A DNA stretch of 64,000 nucleotides from a bacterium. GTDB taxonomy: Bacteria > UBA8248. Of this stretch, positions 40,923 through 49,186 are shown piece by piece. The notes under the pieces are model-generated. The model was not told where the DNA came from and made no database searches. It worked only from the letters and a program-made list of their open reading frames with translations. The stretch spans positions 320,001 through 384,000 of the forward strand of contig OZ241996.1 in NCBI GenBank assembly GCA_965204535.1. The letters run 5' to 3'. Both the position numbers and the translations under genes were made by a program. Position 1 is the stretch's first letter. Each line of letters begins with the position of its first letter.

Positions 40923-41937
40923 GTCCGCCGCGATGAACCAGGCACTCCTGCAAGTGCAAAGGCTGACGAAGTATTTTCCGGTCGACGGGGGGTGGCTCCG
41001 GCCTCCCCGCCACGTGCACGCCGTGGACGACATCAGCTTCTCGCTCAGCGCCGGCGAATCGTTCGCCCTCGTGGGTGAGAGCGGCTGCGGGAAAACGACG
41101 ACGGCCCGCCTGCTGGCGAAGCTGGAAAAACCCGACGATGGGAGCATCCTCTTCGACGAGAAAGAGGTCGCGGAACTGAGCGGGCCCGCCCTCAAGCAGT
41201 ACAACCGCGACGTGCAGATGATCTTTCAGGACCCCTTCGAATCCCTGAACCCCAGGCGCACCGTGCGGGCCATCCTGCGCCAGCCCCTCCTCAATCATGA
41301 CGCGGCCGAGAAAGGGAAGATCGACGAGACCGTCGTCGGGCTCCTGAACCAGGTGGGCATGGAACCGGGCGAAATCTTCATGGACCGCTACCCCCACCAG
41401 CTCAGCGGCGGCCAGCGCCAGCGCATCGGCATCGCTCGCGCGCTCACGCTGAAGCCCCGGCTGGTGATCGCAGACGAGCCGGTCTCCTCGCTCGACATCT
41501 CCATCCGCGCCCAGATACTGAACCTCCTGAAAGCGCTTCAGGCGCAGCACGATCTATCTTATCTCTTCATCACGCACGACCTGGGAGTCGTGCGCTCGGT
41601 CTGCGACAGGGTGGGGGTCATGTACCTGGGCGAGATCGTGGAGCTTGCGGCGGTGGAGTCGCTCTTCACGACCCCCCTGCACCCCTACACGCAGGCGCTG
41701 CTCTCGGCCACGCCGGTGGCGGACCCGGTGAAGGCCAGAAAGCGGCGGCGCATCATCCTCGAGGGAGAGGTTCCCTCCGCCCTCGACCCGCCGACAGGGT
41801 GCCGCTTCCATACGCGATGTCCCTACAGCGAGAAGCGTTGCGTGGAAGAGAAGCCGGTGCTTCGGGAACTCCACCCCGGCCATACGGTGGCCTGTCATTT
41901 CGCGGGCGACGTCGGCGTCGACGCCGCGGCCGATTGA
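40915..41937 (+). CDS. ABC transporter ATP-binding protein (DppF-like)
   Basis: Start MSESAA; GESGCGKT, LSGGQRQR, DEPVSSLD, GCRFHTRC, VACH. Confidence 0.95.
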   Translation: MSESAAMNQALLQVQRLTKYFPVDGGWLRPPRHVHAVDDISFSLSAGESFALVGESGCGKTTTARLLAKLEKPDDGSILFDEKEVAELSGPALKQYNRDVQMIFQDPFESLNPRRTVRAILRQPLLNHDAAEKGKIDETVVGLLNQVGMEPGEIFMDRYPHQLSGGQRQRIGIARALTLKPRLVIADEPVSSLDISIRAQILNLLKALQAQHDLSYLFITHDLGVVRSVCDRVGVMYLGEIVELAAVESLFTTPLHPYTQALLSATPVADPVKARKRRRIILEGEVPSALDPPTGCRFHTRCPYSEKRCVEEKPVLRELHPGHTVACHFAGDVGVDAAAD

Positions 41938-42147
41938 TACACGTAGCTGCTGGGCCTTTCTTTGGGGAATTGTATATATGACTCAGCACTGGGATCCCGA
42001 GTTCTGGATTCCGGCAATCCCTCCCTCCTCGGTCGGCATTGATTGCCGGAATAACGGTGATCAAAACCGACGAGGGGAAGATATCTATCATTCTACTTGG
42101 GGGGATTATTCCCACCATGGAGCATACCAGAATCACTCCCCCCTTGA

Positions 42148-43663
42148 GGGGCTGTTGAAAAACCCCTGGTTTTGTGATCGTATGGATGTATCCCCCCTCG
42201 CCCGAGATGGGAGATTCCCCGATGTTGGACCGCAAGAGGCGCGGGCAGATGGAATTGTTCGTGGCCGGTTCGCTGGAGCAGTTGATTCCCGAAGATTACA
42301 TATTGTTCCGGGTGAACCGCGTACTGGATTTGAGCTGGCTGCGCGAGGAGGTGGCGGAGTGCTATTGCGCGGACAACGGTCGACCGGGGATCGACCCGGA
42401 AGTGGTGGTGCGGTTGATGCTGGCGGGTCTTCTGCTGGGCCACGTTCACGACCGGCATCTGCTTCGCGAGGCGCAGGTGAACCTGGCGATCCGGTGGTTC
42501 ATCGGGTACAGGCTGGACGAGGAGTTGCCGGATCATTCGAGCCTGACGCGTATCCGTCAGCGGTGGGGGGAGGCGCGATTCAAGGAGATATTTCGGCGCA
42601 CGGTTCAGTCTTGCGTGGAGGCGAAGGTGGCGAAGGGAGAAGTGGTTCACATGGACGCGTCTTTGATACGCGCGGACGTGAGCTGGGAGAGTCTGGCGGA
42701 GCGCCACGCGGAGAAGGTGGTGCGGGAGAACGACTCGGAGGATGAGACGGGGAAGAAGGGCGGTGGCGGGGGTTCGGGTCCGGTGAGCCGAACGGACCCC
42801 GACGCGCGCCTGGCGCGCAAGAGCGCTCGGGCGGGGTTCGAGCCGAGCTACAAGCACCACGCGGTGGTGGACGACGAGCGGGGCGTTGTCCTCGACGTAG
42901 AGGTGACGGCGGGGACGTTGAACGAGCGGGAGATGATGGAGCCGCAGTTGGATGCGGTTTGCGAGCTCACGGGTCGCGCGCCCGCGGTGGTGACGGCGGA
43001 TTCGGGCTATGCGTACTCGAAGGTGTACGGCGCATTGGAGCGGCGTGGCGTCGCCGCGCTGATACCGGCGAAGAAGGAGCCTTCCCAGAGCCGTGTTCCG
43101 CTGCAGTTGTTCCGCTACGACGAGCGGCGCAAGGTGGTGAAGTGTCCGGGCGGCAAGACGCTGCGTCCCCGGAAGGAGACGGAGCGGGGGCGCTACTATG
43201 GTTCGAGGACGCGCGATTGCGCGGGCTGCGCGCTGAGGTCGGATTGTCTGCCCAAGTCGCACACGAGCAGGACGGTGCTGATTCCGCACGAGTATCCGGC
43301 GCTGTTGCGCGCGCGCCGTCGCCACGCGCGCCGGGGGGAGGAGGAGGGCCGGCTGTGGCGCCGCCACATGTCGCGTTCGGAGGGCTACCACGGCGAAGCG
43401 AAGAGTCGGCACGGACTGGGGCGGGCGGTGCGCCGGGGCCTTGCGAACATGAGGATCCAGGCCTACCTGACGGCGACTGCGGTGAACCTCAAGCGGCTCG
43501 CCGCCGCTGTTGCGGCGGATATATTCGCTCTGTGGAGGGCCTGCGCCGCCCGGAGACGCCGTCTGCGCGTTCCTCGCGGCCTCACGCGCCGATTGGGCTT
43601 CCTATCCCAAGCCGCGTGAGCCGCCATACCTCCCGCTTCAAAACGGGGTTTTTCAACAGCCCC
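42148..43663 (+). mobile_element. Complete IS1182-like insertion sequence (1516 bp)
   Basis: Perfect 19-bp TIRs GGGGCTGTTGAAAAACCCC (42148-42166) and GGGGTTTTTCAACAGCCCC (43645-43663); TTGA on both flanks; single transposase. Confidence 0.92.
42222..43619 (+). CDS. IS1182-family DDE transposase
   Basis: GRPGIDP, LPDHSSL.R.R.R, MDAS, SRTDPDA, ADSGY, CP.GK / CxxC..C, E....EAK..HGL, NLKRL. Confidence 0.9.
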   Translation: MLDRKRRGQMELFVAGSLEQLIPEDYILFRVNRVLDLSWLREEVAECYCADNGRPGIDPEVVVRLMLAGLLLGHVHDRHLLREAQVNLAIRWFIGYRLDEELPDHSSLTRIRQRWGEARFKEIFRRTVQSCVEAKVAKGEVVHMDASLIRADVSWESLAERHAEKVVRENDSEDETGKKGGGGGSGPVSRTDPDARLARKSARAGFEPSYKHHAVVDDERGVVLDVEVTAGTLNEREMMEPQLDAVCELTGRAPAVVTADSGYAYSKVYGALERRGVAALIPAKKEPSQSRVPLQLFRYDERRKVVKCPGGKTLRPRKETERGRYYGSRTRDCAGCALRSDCLPKSHTSRTVLIPHEYPALLRARRRHARRGEEEGRLWRRHMSRSEGYHGEAKSRHGLGRAVRRGLANMRIQAYLTATAVNLKRLAAAVAADIFALWRACAARRRRLRVPRGLTRRLGFLSQAA

Positions 43664-43882
43664 TTGAGGGGGAGTCGAAGAGGCCGAGCCCTTGGGCGAA
43701 GGCCGATTCGGTGGGGGGACATGCCACTGAAAAAGCTCCCCCCACCGACTCGCCTGCGGGCTACGCCCTTAGCTCGTCGACTCCCCTTCAAGGGGGGAGT
43801 GGTTTTCTCTCTCGTCGGTTGATTACATGCGACAAATCTAGAATTCAGGACTTTTTCAACAACCCCCTCAAGGGGGGAATGA
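43664..43882. repeat. Remainder of the REPIN interrupted by the IS, plus MITE end
   Basis: TTGAGGGGGAGTCGAAGAG...TCAAGGGGGGAGT (to 43800) continues the arm begun at 42135; then TTTTTCAACAACCCC. Confidence 0.85.
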
Positions 43883-43963
43883 GAAAACCCGAGCACCAGG
43901 GAGTGGTTTTGGAGAAGGAATTTTGAATTCAACCCGCAGATGTAAAAAGGCGGAGGGATTTTC

Positions 43964-45265
43964 ATGAACGACGTTATTGATAAGTTGATTTCACAGGCCC
44001 GGCGAGTCGACGTGGCCGCCCTGCTTCAGGAACTCGTCCGGATTCCCAGCCCCACCGGAGAGGAGGCGGCGGTCCAGAATCTGGTGCAGGAACGATTCGC
44101 AGGCGCCGGTTTGGAGGTGGAGGCGTTCGAGGCGGATTTAGAGGAATTAAGAGCGCATCCGGCGTTCTCGGCCCCTCGCTCATCGCTGGAGAGGGGTTAC
44201 GCGGGGCGGCCGAACGTGATCGGCCGCCTGCGGGGTGCGGGAGGCGGCAGGTCGCTTCTTCTCTTTTGCCACGCCGACACGGTCCCGCCCGGCCCCAGGA
44301 GCGCCTGGACCAAGGATCCCTTCGGCGGCGAGATGGAGGGCAACCGGCTCTATGGCCGGGGCGCAGGAGACGCCAAGTCGGGGCTGGCCGTCATGATCGC
44401 GTGCGCCCGGGCCTTGAAGGACGCCGGAGTTTGCCTCAAGGGGGATCTGACGCTCCTCTCCACCGTCGAGGAGGAAGAAGGCGGCGGCGGGGGCATGCTG
44501 GCGTGCGTTCTGCGCGGCCTTAAGGCGGATGGCGCCGTTTACACGCACATGAAGCCGGGCGGACTCGGCGGCGTGGACATCGGTTCGGGCGGCGACGTGA
44601 GTTTCAGGATCACCGTGCCGGGCCAGGCCGGCCACAAGGGCTCGGCGCACCTTTTCGTGAACGCCATCGAGAAAGCCGAATATATCCACGCAGCACTCAG
44701 GGAGCTGGACGCGCAAAGAGGGGAAGCGGTACGCGAACCGCTGGTGGAAAAACGCTTCGAGATAAGCGGACTCGAACCCCGCACGGTGAACCTCGTGGTG
44801 ACCGTGATCCGCGCGGGCGTGTCCATCGGCCAGCTCCCGGCCGAGTGCGTTCTGGAGGGCGTGGCGGGGGTGGCCCCGAGAGAGAGCCTGGAAGAAGTGA
44901 AAGGGCTCGTGGAAGACCACCTCGCCCGGGCCGCCGGGGCCGACCCGTGGCTTCGCGAGCATCCGCCGCGCCTGGAGTGGACGGAGAGGCGCGCGGAGCC
45001 CTGCCTCACCGACCCCGATCACCCGTTCGTCAAAACGGCGTTGTCGGTAGCCGAACGGGTCACGGGCCGTCCCTGCCAGCGTCAGGCGCTGAACGGGACG
45101 ACGGACATGCGGTTCCCGGTTCTCTACGGCGGCACGCCCACCATCATGTTCGGCGGGGAATGCCCGAGGGGCCACATCCCCGATGAATTCACGTATATCG
45201 ACGAACTGGAGCTCTCCGTCGAGGGGCTGCTCCACCTGATTCTCGAGTGGTGCGGCGCGGCGTGA
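43964..45265 (+). CDS. M20 metallopeptidase / ArgE-DapE-like deacylase
   Basis: HADTV, YGRGA.DAK, VEEE, G.AGH, H.PDE. Confidence 0.92.
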   Translation: MNDVIDKLISQARRVDVAALLQELVRIPSPTGEEAAVQNLVQERFAGAGLEVEAFEADLEELRAHPAFSAPRSSLERGYAGRPNVIGRLRGAGGGRSLLLFCHADTVPPGPRSAWTKDPFGGEMEGNRLYGRGAGDAKSGLAVMIACARALKDAGVCLKGDLTLLSTVEEEEGGGGGMLACVLRGLKADGAVYTHMKPGGLGGVDIGSGGDVSFRITVPGQAGHKGSAHLFVNAIEKAEYIHAALRELDAQRGEAVREPLVEKRFEISGLEPRTVNLVVTVIRAGVSIGQLPAECVLEGVAGVAPRESLEEVKGLVEDHLARAAGADPWLREHPPRLEWTERRAEPCLTDPDHPFVKTALSVAERVTGRPCQRQALNGTTDMRFPVLYGGTPTIMFGGECPRGHIPDEFTYIDELELSVEGLLHLILEWCGAA

Positions 45266-45272
45266 GCGAGGA

Positions 45273-45557
45273 GGGGCTGTTGAAAAAGACCTGATTTTTG
45301 TATTTGTCGTATGAAACTGACCGACGTGAGAGAAAAATCACTCCCCCCTTGAGGGGGAGTCGATGAAGCCGAGCGTTTTTTGCGAAGGCTGAATCGGTGG
45401 GGGGTGAATCGCGTTTTATTGCCATTCCGAATTATACCCCCCACCGAATCGCTTGCGGGCTTACGCCCTTAGCTCTTCGACTCCCCCTCAAGGGGGGAGT
45501 GAACTTCTAAAGCGTGCGCGCAACCAAAATCGCCCCACAAGGCTTTTTCAACAACCC
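45273..45557. mobile_element. MITE-like element with IS1182-type ends carrying a REPIN
   Basis: GGGGCTGTTGAAAAA (first 15 bp of the IS TIR) ... TTTTTCAACAACCC; REPIN at 45340-45500. Confidence 0.85.
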
Positions 45558-45671
45558 TCTTCGGGCAGGATTGTATATAATCATCCGAATAAGGGTTTAC
45601 CGACTTACCCAACGGGAGAAAACGGATGAACGAACAACAGGGGGCGGTGGCTCCGAATTTTACGGCGCTGC
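45543..45671 (+). repeat. ~130-bp direct repeat, copy 1 (promoter region + first 15 codons of the PLP enzyme gene)
   Basis: Near-identical to 47855-47982, including TATAAT and ATGAACGAACAACAGGGGGCGGT. Confidence 0.92.
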
Positions 45672-45802
45672 TCGACAGGATCCACAAGGACATCGGACAG
45701 GATCTATTCCGGACCTTCAGCGCGATAGACGTGGATGAAATCGAGCGGTTTGCGAAGACGCTCGAGACGCTTGGCGGGTGGCTCGACGGACAGGAACGAT
45801 GA
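45626..45802 (+). pseudogene. 58-aa chimeric ORF: PLP-enzyme N-terminus fused to a possible MarR-like C-terminal helix
   Basis: MNEQQGAVAPNFTAL-LDRIHKDIGQDLFRTFSAIDVDEIERFAKTLETLGGWLDGQER*; ATGA overlap with the amidase; MarR assignment is inference. Confidence 0.6.
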
Positions 45803-47214
45803 GCGATTTCGCGTTCATGACGGCAATCGAGTTGAAGGACCTGATCGCGCGCGGCGACATCTCGCCGGTCGAACTCGTCGGGTCGTCCCTGGAGCGCATG
45901 GACGGGCTGGAGCCGACGCTCAACTGTTTCGTCCAGACCTCGCCCGACCTCGCCCTCGAAGCGGCGCGGCAGGCCGAAAAGGCCGTCATGTCCGGCGAAG
46001 AGCTCGGACTGCTGCACGGCCTACCCATCTCGGTGAAGGACCTGATCGCCGTGGACGGCCTGAAGCTGACCTTCGGCTCTCGGGCGATGGCGGACAATGT
46101 CGCGGCGGTCGACGCGCCCTCGGTGGACCGGGTGCGGCGGCAGGGCGGCTGCATCGTCGGCAAGTCGACGACCAGCGAGTTCGGCTGCAAGGCGGTCGGC
46201 GACAGCCCGCTGACCGGGGTGACGCCGAACGCCTGGAATCTCGCCAAGACGCCGGGCGGATCGAGCTGCGGCGCCGCGACCAGCGTTGCCGCCGGGGTCA
46301 CACCGTTCGCGCTCGGAACCGACGGCGGCGGGTCCGTCCGCATCCCGAGTTCGCTCAGCGGCCTTTTCGGCATCAAGGCGCAGTTCGCGCGCGTCGGGGT
46401 CTTCCCGGCGGCCGCCACGCCGACGCTCGCCCATGTCGGCCCGCTCACCCGCACCGTGCGCGACGGGGCGCTCCTGCTGAACGCCGTCGCCGGGCACGAC
46501 CGCCGGGATCCCTTCGGCGTCGCGCAGCCCGTGCCCGACTTCCTGGCCGCCTGCGAGCGTCCGGTCGAGGGCATGCGCCTGGCCTGGAGCCCGACGCTCG
46601 GCTACGCGCAGCCGACCGGCGAGGTGGTCCGGATCGTCGAGGAAGCCGTCAGGGTGTTCGAGGATCTCGGCTGCACCGTGGACCTGGTCGAACAGGTCAT
46701 GGAAGAGGATCCGCTCCCCATTTGGATGGCCGAGTTCTACGCCGGCGTCGGAACCCGGCTCAAGGATGTGCTCGCCGACAAGCCGGACCTGCTCGACCCG
46801 GCGGTAGCCGACGTGCTCGCCGGCGCCCTCGATCAGGAACTGGACGAGTATTACGACAAGGTTTTCCGGCGCTACGACTTCCGCGAGAAGATGCGCCTCT
46901 TCTTCGAGGACTACGATCTGCTCCTGACGCCGACGCTTCCCGTCCCGGCTTTCGACGTGAACTGCAACGCGCCGCCTGAGCTGCCCGGCCGCAACATCGT
47001 ATCCTGGGTCTACTACACCTATCCGTTCAACCTGACGGGCCAGCCGGCCGCCTCGGTGCCGGCGGGATGGACCCGGGACGGCCTGCCCGTGGGCATGCAG
47101 ATGGTTTCGAGGATCCTGCACGAGGAAGACATCTTCCGCGCCGCCGCCGCATTCGAGGCCGCCAGACCGTGGGTCGACCGAAGGCCCGATCTGGCCGCAC
47201 CGGCCCAGGGATGA
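45799..47214 (+). CDS. Amidase-signature family enzyme
   Basis: GLPISVKD, TPGGSSCG, GTDGGGSVRIP, YTYPFNLTGQPA, GLPVG. Confidence 0.95.
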   Translation: MSDFAFMTAIELKDLIARGDISPVELVGSSLERMDGLEPTLNCFVQTSPDLALEAARQAEKAVMSGEELGLLHGLPISVKDLIAVDGLKLTFGSRAMADNVAAVDAPSVDRVRRQGGCIVGKSTTSEFGCKAVGDSPLTGVTPNAWNLAKTPGGSSCGAATSVAAGVTPFALGTDGGGSVRIPSSLSGLFGIKAQFARVGVFPAAATPTLAHVGPLTRTVRDGALLLNAVAGHDRRDPFGVAQPVPDFLAACERPVEGMRLAWSPTLGYAQPTGEVVRIVEEAVRVFEDLGCTVDLVEQVMEEDPLPIWMAEFYAGVGTRLKDVLADKPDLLDPAVADVLAGALDQELDEYYDKVFRRYDFREKMRLFFEDYDLLLTPTLPVPAFDVNCNAPPELPGRNIVSWVYYTYPFNLTGQPAASVPAGWTRDGLPVGMQMVSRILHEEDIFRAAAAFEAARPWVDRRPDLAAPAQG

Positions 47215-47215
47215 C

Positions 47216-47392
47216 TCAATTGAGCAACTGTCTCGGCAGCCGCATGGCGATTTCCGGAAATGCCATGATAAGCGCCAGTCCGGTCAGTTGCAGAAGCACG
47301 AACGGAATGATTCCGGTGTGGATCTGCTGGAACTTGACCTGGGGTGAGGCCACGCCCTTCATGTAAAACAGCGCAAATCCGAACGGCGGCGT
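47216..47392 (-). pseudogene. 3' fragment of a TRAP transporter large permease (DctM)
   Basis: TPPFGFALFYMKGVA...GIIPFVLLQL.GLALI.AFPEIA..LP matches the DctM C-terminus; upstream part missing. Confidence 0.8.
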
Positions 47393-47870
47393 ATCGAAGG
47401 GCGAGAGGCTCGCGCCGTGGCGAGAGCAAACACTCATTCATCAATCGCGTTTGGCCTTCGATATGCGGCTTCGCCGCTATTCAGGATGAGGCGGTGCGGT
47501 TTTGATCGTCATTCCGGCGCAAGAATGGATGAAGATTCCATTGTAGCGGACAAGCTCCTGCGCCTGTCCGAGGTCCCACGCTTGTTCCTGCGAAGCGCGA
47601 CCACGGGGATGGACATATCCGATACGAGTGGCCACGATCGAACTTCCCCCTTCGGGAAGTTCGACGCCCCTACTACTGGTGAATGCGGTTTTGTTCGTCA
47701 TTCCGGCGAAAGCCGGAATCCAGGGACTTTGCTTTTGGATTTGTCTTTTCGCTTTATCGTTTTTCTTGGTCGACCTGTGATTCGGTATTCCCGTCTGCTC
47801 TGGATTCCGGCTTTCGCCGGAATGACGGCGGTGGACAATTCCGAGCGAAGAGGACTTTTTCAACAACCCC
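47389..47870. repeat. Composite REP cluster
   Basis: GCGTATCGAAGGG / CCTTCGATATGCGGCTTCGCCGCTATTCAGGATGA doublet, GTAG-type REPIN, ATTCC doublet (47697-47722/47800-47826), TTTTTCAACAACCCC. Confidence 0.85.
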
Positions 47871-47982
47871 TTCGGGTAAGATTGTATATAATCATCCGAA
47901 TAAGGGTTTACCGACTTACCCAACGGGGGAAATTCGATGAACGAACAACAGGGGGCGGTTGCTCCTGATTTTACGGCGCTGC
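47855..47982 (+). repeat. ~130-bp direct repeat, copy 2 (native promoter and 5' end)
   Basis: Near-identical to 45543-45671. Confidence 0.92.
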
Positions 47983-49070
47983 GAGACGAGTTTCCCGTCA
48001 CCCGGAGCTGGACCTATCTGGACCTCGCCAACAAGGCGCCCCTTCCCCGGTGCGCCCAGGACGCCATCCCCGATTTCCTGCGGGAGATGAATGAGGGCGG
48101 CGTCCGGGAGGCCTTCTCCAAGGGCCGCGTGGAGGAGATTCGCGCCTCGCTGGCATCGCTCCTGGGCGTCGCGCCGGGGGCGCTCGCGTTCATCAAGAAT
48201 ACGTCGGAGGGATTGAACATCGCCGCGCAGGCGCTCGATCTCAAGGCGGGGGACAACGTCATCCAGGCGGAAATGGACCACCCGAACCAGGTGTACGCAT
48301 GGAAGCGCCTGGAGGAAAACGGCGTCGAGTTGCGGTGGGTGCGAAACGGGGACGGCTACCCTCCGGTAGAGGCGTTCATCGAAGCGATGGACGAGCAAAC
48401 GCGCGTCGTGGCGGTCTCCTATGTGACTTTCGGGACGGGCTGCCGGGTGGACCTGCCCGCCCTGGGCGCGGCCTGCCGCGAGCGCGGGGTCGTCTTGATG
48501 ACGGACGCGATACAGGGGGTCGGGATACTCTCGGCGTCGCTGCCTGTCCTCGGGGCGGACATCGTGGTCTGCGGCGGGCACAAGGGGTTGCTCGGCCTGC
48601 CGGGCACGGGTTTTCTCTATTGCCGCGAAGACCTGATCCCCGGGATGAAGCCCCCTTTCTATGCCCGCGCCAGCATGGTGCCTGAAGCGCGTCCCCGGAT
48701 GGAGGTCGGGCTGGCCCCGGACGCCGGCCGCTTCGAGATCGGGAACCAGAATTACCTGGGCTTGTGGGTGCTCGGCCGCTCGGTCGAGTTCCTTGGCAAG
48801 GTCGGTCTCGAGCATATCGAAGACCGCGTGCGGGGGTTGACGACGTATCTGATGGAGTTGCTGGAGAGGCGGGGCGAGAAGATTCTGACGCCTCGCCCCT
48901 GGGAGGAGCGCGCCGCCATCGTGAGCATCGAGTCACCCGACCCGCCCAAAGCGGCGGCGCAACTTCGCGAGAAGAGAATCATCGCAAGCGCGCGAAACAA
49001 CGCCCTTCGCTTCGCGCCGCATTTCTACAATACCGAAGAAGAACTCGAGCGGGTGGTCGGTCTGCTTTAG
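47937..49070 (+). CDS. Class V PLP-dependent enzyme (SufS/EgtE-like fold)
   Basis: LRDEFP...TYLD, NTSEG, DAIQGVG, GHK.LLG..G, R.APHFYNT.EE. Confidence 0.92.
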   Translation: MNEQQGAVAPDFTALRDEFPVTRSWTYLDLANKAPLPRCAQDAIPDFLREMNEGGVREAFSKGRVEEIRASLASLLGVAPGALAFIKNTSEGLNIAAQALDLKAGDNVIQAEMDHPNQVYAWKRLEENGVELRWVRNGDGYPPVEAFIEAMDEQTRVVAVSYVTFGTGCRVDLPALGAACRERGVVLMTDAIQGVGILSASLPVLGADIVVCGGHKGLLGLPGTGFLYCREDLIPGMKPPFYARASMVPEARPRMEVGLAPDAGRFEIGNQNYLGLWVLGRSVEFLGKVGLEHIEDRVRGLTTYLMELLERRGEKILTPRPWEERAAIVSIESPDPPKAAAQLREKRIIASARNNALRFAPHFYNTEEELERVVGLL

Positions 49071-49186
49071 GGGAATTCCCAAACAATTCGATAAAATCAG
49101 ATAAATTCACGGGGTTTTTCGATAAATTGCCGTAAATTTCCGAGGGGAAATGCGGGGAAATGCGGGGCCGGGATGCGAGCAAATGC

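Noticed and set aside
42093-43412. 439-aa antisense ORF within the IS
   Set aside because: Shadow of the transposase with no independent motifs.
45547-45581. Hybrid promoter with -35 from the MITE end (TTCAAC) and native TATAAT
   Set aside because: Spacing is about 23 bp, too long for sigma70.
20978-47870. Repeats considered as a CRISPR array or integron attC sites
   Set aside because: No regularly spaced direct repeats with unique spacers, no cas or integron-integrase gene, and no consistent attC core sites; the repeats are dispersed inverted doublets.
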